35,956 bases of DNA from a virus (taxonomy: Duplodnaviria; Caudoviricetes): positions 1 to 35,956 of the IMG/VR virus record IMGVR_UViG_3300020409_000043; one strand, 5' to 3'. The position numbers were made by a program, and so were the translations under genes. Below are positions 7,124 through 19,600 of this stretch, piece by piece. Below the pieces are notes generated by a model, which searched no databases, was not told where the DNA came from, and saw only the letters and a list, made by a program, of their open reading frames with translations. The first letter of the stretch is position 1, and each line of letters begins with the position of its first letter.

Positions 7124-10100
7124 ATGTCAACAACAGATAGATTAAACAGATTATTACTTGCAGAAGATTGGAGAAGGGTCTACCAATCATACAAAAACGC
7201 TGAATTCCAAAGTTACGATTTTGATACTTTACGTAGAACAATGATACAATATCTACGTGATAATTATCCTGAAGATTTTAATGACTACATTGAGTCATCT
7301 GAGTATCTGGCTTTAATAGATTTAATTGCTTTCCTTGGACAAAACTTGTCATACAGAATTGATTTAAATGCAAGAGAAAACTTTTTGGAACTTGCAGATA
7401 GAAGAGATAGTGTTTTAAGATTAGCAAGACTAATAAGTTACAATGCAACAAGAAATCAAACAGCAAATGGTTTGATGAAAATGATTGCAATTTCTACAAC
7501 AGAAAATATTGTTGACAGTAATAATTTAAATCTATCTGGGCAGACTGTTACATGGAATGATTCAGGCAATGCAAACTGGAACGAACAATTCACTAAAGTT
7601 TTAAATTCCGCACTTTCGGAAAATGAAAAATTTGGCAGTCCAATTAAAAGTGGCGTGATTGATTCTATACCAACTAATCAATATAGATTTAATTCTGCAA
7701 ATTCAGATGTGCCTGTATATTCATTTACAAAAAATGTTGATGGATTAAATTTAGATTTTGATTTAGTTTCAACAGGTTTCAACGATAGTTCAATACTTGA
7801 AGAAACTCCACAGGCCGGTTTACCTTTTAAACTAATCCACAGAGATGATGGAAAAGGTAGTGCCAGCAACAATACAGGTTTCTTTGTTCATTTTAGACAG
7901 GGTGTTTTAGACCAAGGAGATTTTAATTTAACTACACCTTCAAACAATCAAACAGTTTCCGTTGACGCAAACAATGTGAATAATACAGATGTTTGGTTAT
8001 GGGGATTGGATGCAGACGGATTAGAAACTAATTTATGGACAAAAGTAGATTCAACATTGGGAAACAATGTAATTTTTAATTCTACTGCAAAGGATATTAA
8101 AAATATTTACACAGTTCTCACAAAAAATAGAGATGCTGTAGAATTAAAATTTGCCGATGGCACATTTGGAAATTTGCCACAAGGTAGTTTTAGAGTTTAC
8201 TACAGAACAAGTGCTAATCGTTCTTTAAGAATTACTCCAGACGATATGCAAAATATTTCAATAGATATTGATTATGTTTCTGCGAATGGTCAAACAGAAA
8301 CAATGACCATGACATTTGGATTACAATACACAGTTGATAATGCAACAGCATCAGAATCAAGTGAAAATATAAAAACAAATGCACCTGCAACTTATTACAC
8401 GCAGAATAGAATGATAACAGGTGAAGATTACAATGTTGCACCTTTGGGAACAAATCAAGAGATAGTAAAAGTCAAAGCAACAAATAGAACTTCTAGCGGT
8501 ATATCAAGATATTTTGATTTAATAGACAGCACAGGAAAATACAGCAACACAAATATTTTTGGTGCCGATGGTTCAATGTACAAAGAAGATACAGAAACAT
8601 TAGACAGTTTCAGTTTTAGCACACAGACAGATATAGAAGGTGTAATTGCAAATAAAATTGAACCTATGTTGAGTGACAAGAAAACAAGAAACTACTACAT
8701 AGAAAAATTTCCAAAAATTTTATTAACAGATTTAAATGCCACTTGGAATCAAGTAACATCCGCAACAAATTTATCCACAGGTAAATTTACGAACAGTGCA
8801 ACATCTACAAATTATCAAGTAGGAAGTTTTACAGCAAGTCAAATGAAATACATTGAGCCCGGTGCAATGATTAAATTTGAAGCGCCTGCTGGTTTCCATT
8901 TCATGGGAAATGACAATAACAAATTGATGTCAGGGACTGCTGATCATCCTAATTCAAGAACTTATGTGTGGACTTCTGTTGTTAGTGTATTGAACGATGG
9001 TGTTTCGAATACAAGCACAGGAGAAGGCGCTATATCTTTAAATGATGTGATTCCTTCTAATGCAATAGCAACTCAGATATTACCTAAGTTTAGTAAGCAA
9101 TTAGGTGATGACGTAAAATCTTTGATGATTGATCAAGCATTCGCATACAACAATTTTGGTTTAAGATATGACGTTGCAACAAGAAAATGGCAAGTTATAG
9201 ATGAAAACAATCTAAATGTGTACGGAACATTCAGCACAGGTAAGACAGGCGATTTGACTAATCAACAGTTGGACGCAAGTTGGATCATAAGATTTTTGAC
9301 CAACGGATCTACTTACACAGTGACAACACGTGGATTGCGTTATGTGTTTGAAAGTAAAAGGGAAGTGAGATTCTATTACGATAGTGCAGATAGAAACTTT
9401 AATGTGCAAACAGGAAAAACACTGCAAGATAAAATTGCTGTGTTGGCTGTGAACACAAAACCAGATTCAACAGCAAACTTTAATTTAGACTTGAATTTCA
9501 GTGTGTCCACAGAATTTAGAAATGCAGAAGGATATGTGGACAGTTCTAAAATTGAATTGAGCCAATTTGATAGTGATCAAGATGGAATAGTAGACAATCC
9601 AGATGCATTCAATCACGTGGTTGATCCAGAAACTAATCCATTAACAAAATACGTTTTCCAGAAATTAGTTACTGGAAACACTGGCACAACCAGATACGAT
9701 TATGTGGATGCCGCAACAGAAAAGATCTATGTAAGACAGACAAGTGTTGGCACAATAGGTGATTACACAAACGGAGATATTGTGTATCTAGTAGACAGCG
9801 ATTCATTCAAACAGATTAATACAAGCACAAACACCACAAGTGATTTAACAAATTATGTTGCTCATGTTGGCAGAGACAAAATTAAATTCCAATATGTCCA
9901 CACTGTGGACGGTAACACAAGATTGGATCCTAGTGCATCCAACATCATTGATATGTATTTGCTTACAAGAACTTATGACACTGATTTCAGATTATGGTTG
10001 AATGGCACAAACGCAAACAAACCATTATTGCCAAGCAGTGATTCATTGTTCACGAACTTCAATGGTGCATTGGCACCTATCAAATCCATCAGTGACACAC

Positions 10101-10660
10101 TGATATATCATCCAGTCAAGTACAAAGTATTATTTGGCACAAACGCAGATTCAAGCCTACAGGCTACATTCAAAGTTGTAAAAAACCCTGAGCAGGTAAC
10201 GAATGATGCAGATATTAAGAGCAGAGTTATAGATGCAATCAATTTATTCTTTTCTTTGGAAAACTGGGAATTCGGTGACACTTTCTATTTCACAGAATTA
10301 AGCACATATGTGATGAACGCATTGGCTCCAGACATAAGCACGTTTGTCATTGTGCCTAACGCAGGATCGCAGACATTTGGAAGTTTATATGAAATCAGAA
10401 GTGAGAACGATGAAATCTTTATCAGTGGTGCTAAAGTTACAGATGTACAAATAATAGATGCCATCACTGCAAGTAACCTTAGATCATCTGGTTCAATTGT
10501 TACAAGCACGTCAACTGACACAGGATTGAGTGGAACTTTGACATTGGGTAGTTCATCTACGTCTACTTCAACATCTACGTCAACGGGATCCACATCATAC
10601 ACGTCGGGCAGTTCAAGTTCAGGATCATCAGGAGGCTCTAGTGGAGGAAGTGGATATTAA
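7124..10660 (+). CDS. gp6: Baseplate wedge subunit gp6 (baseplate J-like), extended, with Ser/Gly/Thr-rich tail
   Basis: YDFDTLRRTMIQYLRDNYPEDFNDYIESSEYLALIDLIAF...ENFLELADRRDSVLRLARLISY; also FADGTFGNLP and ES..NIKTNAPATYYTQNRMITGEDY. These are gp6 hallmarks. Confidence 0.9.
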   Translation: MSTTDRLNRLLLAEDWRRVYQSYKNAEFQSYDFDTLRRTMIQYLRDNYPEDFNDYIESSEYLALIDLIAFLGQNLSYRIDLNARENFLELADRRDSVLRLARLISYNATRNQTANGLMKMIAISTTENIVDSNNLNLSGQTVTWNDSGNANWNEQFTKVLNSALSENEKFGSPIKSGVIDSIPTNQYRFNSANSDVPVYSFTKNVDGLNLDFDLVSTGFNDSSILEETPQAGLPFKLIHRDDGKGSASNNTGFFVHFRQGVLDQGDFNLTTPSNNQTVSVDANNVNNTDVWLWGLDADGLETNLWTKVDSTLGNNVIFNSTAKDIKNIYTVLTKNRDAVELKFADGTFGNLPQGSFRVYYRTSANRSLRITPDDMQNISIDIDYVSANGQTETMTMTFGLQYTVDNATASESSENIKTNAPATYYTQNRMITGEDYNVAPLGTNQEIVKVKATNRTSSGISRYFDLIDSTGKYSNTNIFGADGSMYKEDTETLDSFSFSTQTDIEGVIANKIEPMLSDKKTRNYYIEKFPKILLTDLNATWNQVTSATNLSTGKFTNSATSTNYQVGSFTASQMKYIEPGAMIKFEAPAGFHFMGNDNNKLMSGTADHPNSRTYVWTSVVSVLNDGVSNTSTGEGAISLNDVIPSNAIATQILPKFSKQLGDDVKSLMIDQAFAYNNFGLRYDVATRKWQVIDENNLNVYGTFSTGKTGDLTNQQLDASWIIRFLTNGSTYTVTTRGLRYVFESKREVRFYYDSADRNFNVQTGKTLQDKIAVLAVNTKPDSTANFNLDLNFSVSTEFRNAEGYVDSSKIELSQFDSDQDGIVDNPDAFNHVVDPETNPLTKYVFQKLVTGNTGTTRYDYVDAATEKIYVRQTSVGTIGDYTNGDIVYLVDSDSFKQINTSTNTTSDLTNYVAHVGRDKIKFQYVHTVDGNTRLDPSASNIIDMYLLTRTYDTDFRLWLNGTNANKPLLPSSDSLFTNFNGALAPIKSISDTLIYHPVKYKVLFGTNADSSLQATFKVVKNPEQVTNDADIKSRVIDAINLFFSLENWEFGDTFYFTELSTYVMNALAPDISTFVIVPNAGSQTFGSLYEIRSENDEIFISGAKVTDVQIIDAITASNLRSSGSIVTSTSTDTGLSGTLTLGSSSTSTSTSTSTGSTSYTSGSSSSGSSGGSSGGSGY
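10495..10660 (+). repeat. Low-complexity Ser/Thr/Gly-coding tract at the gp6 C-terminus
   Basis: Encodes ...SSSTSTSTSTSTGSTSYTSGSSSSGSSGGSSGGSGY, with imperfect repeats such as tctacgtc / acatctacgtc in the DNA. Confidence 0.8.
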
Positions 10661-13600
10661 TGGCATACGACAAAGATCAACAGGAATTTCCGTTACCAAC
10701 TGGGTCGAACAAAGACGATAGAAAGTCGGCAGAATTTTTACCCAAGTATTTCCGCACACCCGTAAATAATAAATTCTTACATAGCACACTTGATCAATTA
10801 GTATCACAGGGCAGACTTGAAAAGATCAACGCATACTACGGAAGAAAAGGCACAGCAAATTATCAAGCGGGAGATTTGTATGTCAGCGAAGTAAACAAGG
10901 ATAGAGAGAATTACAAGTTAGAACCTAGCATTGTGCAATCAGACAGTTTAGGTAATGTAAACTTCTATTCAGACTACATCGACTACTTCAGCCAAATTAA
11001 AAATTTGGGCGGCTCCGCCGAGAACCACAGTAACCTCAACGCCCAAGAATACTATGCCTGGTCACCAAAAATTAATTGGGACAAATTTGTAAATTATAGA
11101 GAGTATTTCTGGTTGCCTTACGGAGCAGATACAGTCACGGTTACCGGTCAACAAAGAAGTGTGACAAGCACATACACAGTCACCAAGTCAGATGCAGGCG
11201 ACAATTACGCATATATTTTTACGCCTGATGGATTAACTTCTAATCCAACGTTAAAATTGTTTAAAGGTCAAACTTACGTGTTTGATATTAACACACAAGG
11301 ATTACCTTTTACAATTAAAACTGAAAGAAATTTAGATGACAGTTACAATTACAACACAGGAGTGAGTTCGCAAAAAGTAGAAAAAGGAACAATCACTTTT
11401 ACAGTAAGCGACACAACACCAGACACTTTGTACTATGGTTCAAGCAAAGACATAGAAACATTTGGATTAATTAAAATTTATGATATTGCTGAAAATTCTG
11501 CAATAGATGTTTCTAATGATGTATTAGGAAAGAAAACTTATACTTTACCTAACGGCATTGCTCTATCAAACGGAATGAAAGTAAATTTCCGGGGAACAGT
11601 GACTCCTACAAGTTATGAAGAGGGAGAATACTATGTTGAAGGCGTTGGTGAAGCAATTAAATTAATTAATATACAAGACTTAGAAGTTGTTAGTTCATAT
11701 ACACAGCAAACGCAAGTCCCGTTCGACACAGTAAATTTTGATACAGTTGGATTTGGAACTGCAACATCTTACGCAGTAAACAAGGACTATGTTGTAATTA
11801 ACAAAGCATCACCTGATAGAAATCCATGGAGCAGACACAATAGATGGATTCATAGAACAGTTATTGAAGATAGTGCAAAAGCAAACGGAAATATACCTAA
11901 CATAGATCAAACTTTAAGAGCCAGACGTCCTATTATTGAATTTGAAGCAGGATTAAAATTATGGCAGTTTGGTACATCTTCAAAAGGTATTATTGATTTA
12001 ATAGATGACAAAACAACAGATGTGATGAGCAACGTAGAAGGCTCGACAGGATATTTTGTTGATGGTGTAAATCTAACAAATGGAATGAAAGTTTTGTTCA
12101 CAAAGGATCCAGATCCTTTAGTCGCAAATAAAATTTATACAGTAAAAATATTAACGTTTACGCAAGGTAACACATCAACAGATCAAATAAGTTTAGTTGA
12201 AGATTCAACAAGTCCTGCATTGGAACACGAAACAGTTCTTGTGCGTAATGGAACTAAGAATGCAGGAAAAATTTATTACTTTGATGGAACGGATTGGAAA
12301 CTGACGCAGGAGAAAACAAAAGTAAACCAAGCACCTTTATTTGAATTGTATGATGCAAATGGCAATAGTTATGCTTCATCTACATATCCTAACTCCAGTT
12401 TTATAGGAAACAAAGTATTTTCATATAAGGAAGGGACAGGCACAAATGATCCTGAATTAGGTTTTCCGTTATCATATCTAAATGTAGAAAATATAGGAGA
12501 TATTGTTTTTGACTACAATTTGCCTAATGCAGATTTCAAATATGTGGTTTCTGGTGTGCAAACTACACAAACAACCAGTGCGGCATTTTTAAGAAAATAT
12601 TCTGATAGAACTACATTTGCTTCTGTTAATGGTTGGACAAAGGCACCAACTGAAAGTTATCAAAATGTAATTAGACAATATGATGCAACATCTAAATTAT
12701 TAAATGACTTCGCAATAGACGTGTACAATAACAGTGGCGATTTAAATGATTTAGTTGTAAAAGTTTCTGTCAATGACAAACAGCAAATAGAAAATACAGA
12801 TTACACAATCAATAGAATTAATCAAATCGCATATGTAAATTTTACAAAAAATCTAAATGTAGATGACGTAGTTGTAATTAAGACAAGAAGTGCCACAGTT
12901 AAAAATGCAAATGGCTACTACGAATTTCCAAGTAATCTACAAGGCAATCCATTAAACGATGATGTGTCAACATTTACAACAGGACAAATAAACGATCACG
13001 TTAGAAGTATTACTAATGAATTACCAGGATTGGTTGGTAACACACCAGGCGTAAGCAATCTAAGAGATTATCCCAATGCATCGGAATACGGTAGAAAATT
13101 TGTAAAACATTCTGGACCAATTGGTTTAGCATCTTATTTGATTAACAGAAAAGATATTAATATTATCAAAGCAATAAAATACAGTCAAAATGAATACACA
13201 AAATTTAAACGTTCGTTTGTAAGTGCCATAGACACATTAGGATATGAAGGAAGTGTCCAAACTACTGTTGACAAATTATTAGAAAAATTAAACAAAGACA
13301 ACACTAAATCATCTCCATTTTTCCAAACAGACATGATTGGTAGAGGTGCCTTCAAAAAGACTGAGCACAAAGTTTTAGATGTGGACAGCAAGTTTTATCA
13401 ATTGTCGAGCACATTTGATCTAACAACTCTATCGAAACAAGCAGTGTACGTCTATCATAATGATATTCAATTAATACATGGAAAAGATTACACATTTTCA
13501 AATGGTTTTGTAAGTGTTTCTAAAACATTGACTTTGAATGATGTGATCCATGTTTATGAATATGACACAACAAATGGCAGTCACATTCCTGCAACACCAA

Positions 13601-16600
13601 CTAAATTAGGATTGTATCCTGCTTATAGACCTATGAAGTATTCAGATACAACTTTAGTCACTCCTGTAAACGTTATACAAGGGCATGACGGAAGTATCAC
13701 TGTTGCATACAACGACTTTAGAGATGACTTAATATTAGAACTTGAAAAAAGAATTTACAATAATATAAAAGTAACTTACAGTGAAGATATTTTAAATTAC
13801 AAAGATCTTTTACCTGGAACAAACAGAACAAATATTTTTGAAGACAAAACAATTAATAACAGCATTTTGCCTGATTTCAATGAATGGTTAGGCTTTGTTG
13901 GTAACACTGACTATACAAATAATTCTTATTATCTAATTGGCGATAGCAGAACTTGGAATTACAGTCATGCAGTAAGTCCGGCTGGAGTGCAACTAAATGG
14001 ATTCTGGAGAGCCATATACAAAAAATTATACGACACAGATAGACCAAACATCACTCCATGGGAGATGTTAGGTTACAGCGTAGAACCTAGTTGGTGGGAA
14101 AGTACATATGGACCAGCACCATACACAAAAGACAATCTAGTATTATGGAAAGATTTAGAAGAAGGCATTGTAAGAGAGCCTAACAAAAAAATTGTATACA
14201 AAGAAAATTATGCAAGACCTGGACTAACAGGGCACATACCTGCGGATAGCGATGGCAATATCAGAAGTCCATTTGATAGTTCATATGCAAGACAAGTAGA
14301 TCCAACATTAGGAAAAGCAGATTTTACATTTGGCGACCAGAGTCCTGTTGAATCAGCATGGAGAAGAAGTTCAGATTACCCATTTGCTTTATTGAAAGCA
14401 TTTATCTTACATCAACCATCTAAAGTAATAGGAGTTGGTTGGGACACATCTAGAATTAGTAGAAACAGTGCAAATCAGATTGTATATTCTAATGGCTTGC
14501 CTATTCAAACAAAAAATTTAATTTTTCCAAGTTCTATAAGCGAAACTAAAGAAGTCAATACCGCTGGATTAGTAAATTACCTTTATGAATACATTGAAAC
14601 TAATTTGTTGACCGACTATGCAGAATACAAAACAAATATAAAAAGCATACAAGCACAGATAGGATTCAAAATCAGAGGTTATAGCAAAAAGGATAAATTT
14701 CAAATTATATTGGATAGCAAAACACCTAATGCTTCTACATCAGTATTTGTGCCACAAGAAAACTACAGATTAATACAAAATACAAGTGCACCAATAAAAA
14801 TATTGTCTTATAGTGCATTGATAGTTGAATTGACAGCATCGGGTTATATTTTACGTGGCTACGATAAAAATACACCACAAATAAAGTATTATCAATACGT
14901 GCAACAGGTTGCGGACCCAGTAATAAATGTTGGTGGAGTAAGTGCTTCATTTGTTAATTGGGGAGAAAATAACAGATATGATGTAGGTCAGTATGTAAAA
15001 TACAATGATCAATTTTATGCAACAGAAACAGCACACTTGTCTACAGAAACATTTGATCTGAGCAAATTTGTAAAATTAGTTGACTTACCTATAGAAGGTG
15101 GAGCGGATGGCATAATAAGAAGAAAGTTTGATAAATCCAGTGTGTTAGAAATACCTTATGGCACTTTAATAAAAACAAAACAAGAAGTGCTAGACATTAT
15201 TTTAGGTTATGGCGAATACTTGACTGATCAAGGATTTGATTTTAATGAATTCAATAAAGAATTAGAAGTAGTAACCAACTGGCAGTTAAGTGCAAAAGAA
15301 TTTTTATTCTGGACTACTCAAAAATGGGATCAAGGAAGCGTAATAAGTTTAAGTCCAGGTTCTAGAAAATTATCTGTCAAATCAAATTACAGTGTTGCCG
15401 ACGATGTCGTAAATAATTTTTACAGTTATGGAATACTAAAAGAGGACGGCAATAAGTTAGATAAAAACTTTTTGCGTATTGTTAGACAAGCAAATAATTT
15501 TAGTCTATTAACAAAAAATACTGTTAACGGAATTTATTTCTGCAAAGTGCCTCTTGTGCAAAAAGAACAAGTGTGCTTATTAGACAACAGCACATCATTC
15601 AGCGATTTAATATATGATCCTGCCAGCGGTTACAAACAAGACAGATTAAAAGTATTAGGTTATTTGACCGAATGGGACGGAAGTCAATCGATACCAGGCT
15701 TTGTATTCAGTGTAGCAAACATTAAAGAGTGGACTCAATACACCGATTACAGCATGAGCACAGTTGTAAAACACAAACAGTTTTATTATACGGCAAATAA
15801 AAAATTAAAAGGATCGGCAACATTTATAGATGCAGACTGGACAAGACTGGACGGCGCACCTAGTGACACTTTAATTTCTAACTTTGACTACAGAACAAAT
15901 CAGTTTGGTGACTTCTATGACTTAGACACAGATAATTTTGATTCTGAGCAACAAAGAATGGCCCAACATTTGATTGGATATCAACCAAGAAATTATTTAA
16001 AAAATATCATTAATGATGACGTTGCACAATACAAATTTTATCAAGGCTTTATAAGAGAAAAAGGTACAAATAATTCTTTATCTAAAATATTTGACGCTTT
16101 GGCAAGTGCAGATAAAGAAAGTATTGATTTTTATGAAGAATGGGCAGTGCGTAAAGGACAATACGGAGCAAGTGCTGTATTCGATGAAGTTGAATTTAAA
16201 TTAGATGAAAGTAAAGTAAGATTAAATCCACAACCAATTGAACTTACAGATGAACAACCTACAACGGAAAGTGATTTAACATATAGAATTCAATCAGGGC
16301 AGGTGTACTTGAAACCAGATGCTTATACTCATGCACCTTTTCCTACAAAATATAACAAAAATACTTACGTTAAAACAGCAGGTCCAGTTAATCCTGTAGA
16401 TATAACATTAACAGTAGGAAAATATGCTGATTTACTTACGGCGGATATATCGACACTGGTAGATAATAATTATGTATGGGTAGGAGATTACAATTCTACT
16501 TGGAATGTGTTTAGATATTCTAAGACAACGCAAAGAATACAAGCAATAAATGTAGTGCAAAACACTATAGAAGTAGACACACTTAACACACCATCTATGA

Positions 16601-19600
16601 CTGTTGGCGAAATATTTGTTGTATACGCAAACGGTACAAATTATACTTTTAAATGTACAAGTGTCGAACCATCAAAAATTATTTGTGAACCAAAGACAGG
16701 ATTCCAGCAATTATCATCCGCAACAGGATACATTAGTAGATTTATTTCTGCTAAATTTACAAGCACAGATTCGATTAATGCAAGGGTTAATGAGACAGGT
16801 ATTAGAGATAATGAAAAATTCTGGATTGAAACAAGTGATGACGGCAAATGGAAAGTAGTAAACAATAAATTTGTATACAAAACAGCAAATGAAATCAGCA
16901 CAACGTCAACATCCAGTGATGAAAGTTTTGGACAAGTCATTGCAGTAAACAAAAATAATACGGTTGTTCTTGTAAGCCAACCTACAGACAGTGACGGAGC
17001 AATATACGTATTCATAAGAGGCACAGAAAGTGGCAGTTTAAGATTTTCACAGAAAATAGAAGCGCCTACTCAGGATCCTTTATTGACAAGTTTAGATCTA
17101 TTTGGTTCGAGCAGTAGTTTTGGATCAGCAGTTGACATCAGTCCTGACGGAAATTTTGTTGTAATAGGTGCTCCAACTGCCGGCAACTTGAAAACTGAGT
17201 ACAAAGGCGTGTTTAATCCTAGTACAAATTATAATGTAAACAATATTGTACAATACAAAAACCAATTGTGGAGAGCAACAAATCAGATTACTGGACAAGA
17301 TCCTTCAGTAGACTTTACAACTTTTGATGGCAGTGGCTTGTATAGAGAAAGCACAGGCACATCCACATCAAACATTGTTATCGGGGACCACATATTTCCT
17401 AATGTAACAACAACTCACTTACTAATAAGAGCAAGTAGAGATCAATACCAAGGTACGAAAATTGGTGATAGATTAATCATGCAATACTTAGGATTCAGCA
17501 GTGATTATCCATTAGACAGAAGTAATTTAACAAAAGCGCCGCAAAAACCTTTTGCAGGAGTTGGTGACCCAACAATAAAAACCAACCTATTCAGTGCAAC
17601 AGAAGTTCCAATCGTGCAAAAAGTTGATGCTATTTTAAAAGTTGATTTGACTTTGGTCGATCCTATTTTGACGGCCGTAGTAAATTCTGAAAGTTTTGAG
17701 GGAACTGTTGTATACAAAAGAAAAGAAGGTACAAAAACATTATTGTACCTAAAAGATGTAGAGGGTGTTGTTAGTGCTTCTGGCACATTGATGTACGGCA
17801 CACTTGAAGTTGGTTCTTACAACAGAGTCCTTGGAGAAGATTATGCTTATCTAAGTGGCTTCTGGATGGTAGATATAAATGCAAGTGTTTCAACAAGTGC
17901 TGGTATAGACACATCCAATCATTTAGTGATACAAGATATTAAAAGACAAGGTGTTACAAGAAACACAAACAAATTTGTTAATAGCCTTGATGAAACTATA
18001 CAAGCAATCACGCCACAAACTCCAATGTATCAATCACAATTTGGAGTTTTAACTTACTATGAGTCATATTATATAGATTCAGGAACAAATCAATGGGTGT
18101 CAAGAGGTTCGCCTACAGGAATATTAAGCAACAATTGGTATGTGCGTACAAATCCAACTTTAACAAAAAGTCAAAATGATACAATTAATGTTTGGATCAA
18201 TAATGTTGGCACAAATAAATTTGACTTCGCAGGTATCAATATATCCAGTGCAGACACAAACGGATTAAAAACTATTACTGAAGTGATGGACGGATACATA
18301 GATGTTGATTCGCAAAGTGATTCTAATAATAACTTCTATTTTCCTACTCCAGGGGATATTGTAAGAGATGATGTTACATCAAACACAGCAACAGTTGTGT
18401 TGACACAATTCACATCACTGAATAAATTAAGGGTTTGGATTAAAAATTCAACAGGATTATTTACTTTAGGTTCTAATGCAGGTGTAAACGGGACGATCAC
18501 AAGGGTAGGTACTCCTGATAGAACACTTGGAAACATAGAACAGACAAACATGGCTGGATTAAACGGTGCAGGTAAACTATTAGTGTTTACAAATGCGTCT
18601 GCTATCACAATCAGTGGCAATGCAACAGAATATTTTGCTAATGATAAAGAATACTGGCTGTGGGACGAACAAACACTGGACGGTATATCTGCTAGTGCAA
18701 ATACTCCAAGTTCTACAAACTATGATTGGAACAAAATATACAACATACCAATTGGTGAAGGTACTGCAAGTGGTTTGACCAATGAAGGTGCGTTTTTAAT
18801 TTACAAAAAAGACGGCGCCGGCAAATATTCTTACAATAGTGCCTACACAGTGCCTGATACTAAAACAAATTTAAGATTAGGTTCTAGGATAAAAATGAGA
18901 ACTGTTGGAGATAAAACTGTTGCATTTATTGGAGCGAGTGGTGATTTATCAACAAACAATCCTGGCAAAATATATTTTGTTGAATACAACGCAAACAAAA
19001 ATTGGACATTGGGAACTGACCCTATGTACACCGGTCCTTACGACATAAATGCAAGTTACCTAACTGGAGAAATAGTTGTTTATGCAAATCAATTGTATAA
19101 ATCTAACACAAATTTAACTCCAGGTGCATGGAATCCAGCATATTGGACTTTACAAAGTACAAGAACAGATATGTTAGGATATATTCCTAATGATTCAGGA
19201 ATTGAATTAGAGCAGGATAGCACACTTGCACAAAACGGACTTGTCAGATTTGCGGATAGATTTGATGTCGACGAAAACGGTGTCAACATAATTGCAAATG
19301 TGCTTTACAACAACGACAATCAAAAAGTTGTTGTGTACAGATTAGATAACGGTCATTACACATACAAACAAACTATTTTACCACCTAGCGATTCAGCGGC
19401 AAATATAAATTTTGGATCAGACATCAGCATAAGTGGAGACGGCACACTAATTGCTGTTGGAAGTCCACTTAAAGATTTAACAAATATAGATATGGGTGCT
19501 GTATATGTTTACAAAAAAGCAACAGACGACACTGGTGTCTACAATTACAATCAAACACTAACAAGTCCAGATAGGGAAGTTTCAGAAAACTTCGGTCACA

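Noticed and set aside
1311-10660. Bacterial eCIS, tailocin or T6SS locus
   Set aside because: The gp55 and gp47 neighbours, T4-type late promoters and gp6/gp25/gp53 forms indicate a lytic phage genome.
10540-10660. Short repeats that might be a CRISPR or regulatory array
   Set aside because: Imperfect codon-level repeats encoding the Ser/Thr/Gly tail; no repeat-spacer structure.
10960-11070. Locally more GC-rich patch near the start of the giant gene
   Set aside because: Short, in frame and without boundary repeats; cannot be distinguished from noise without a computed composition profile.
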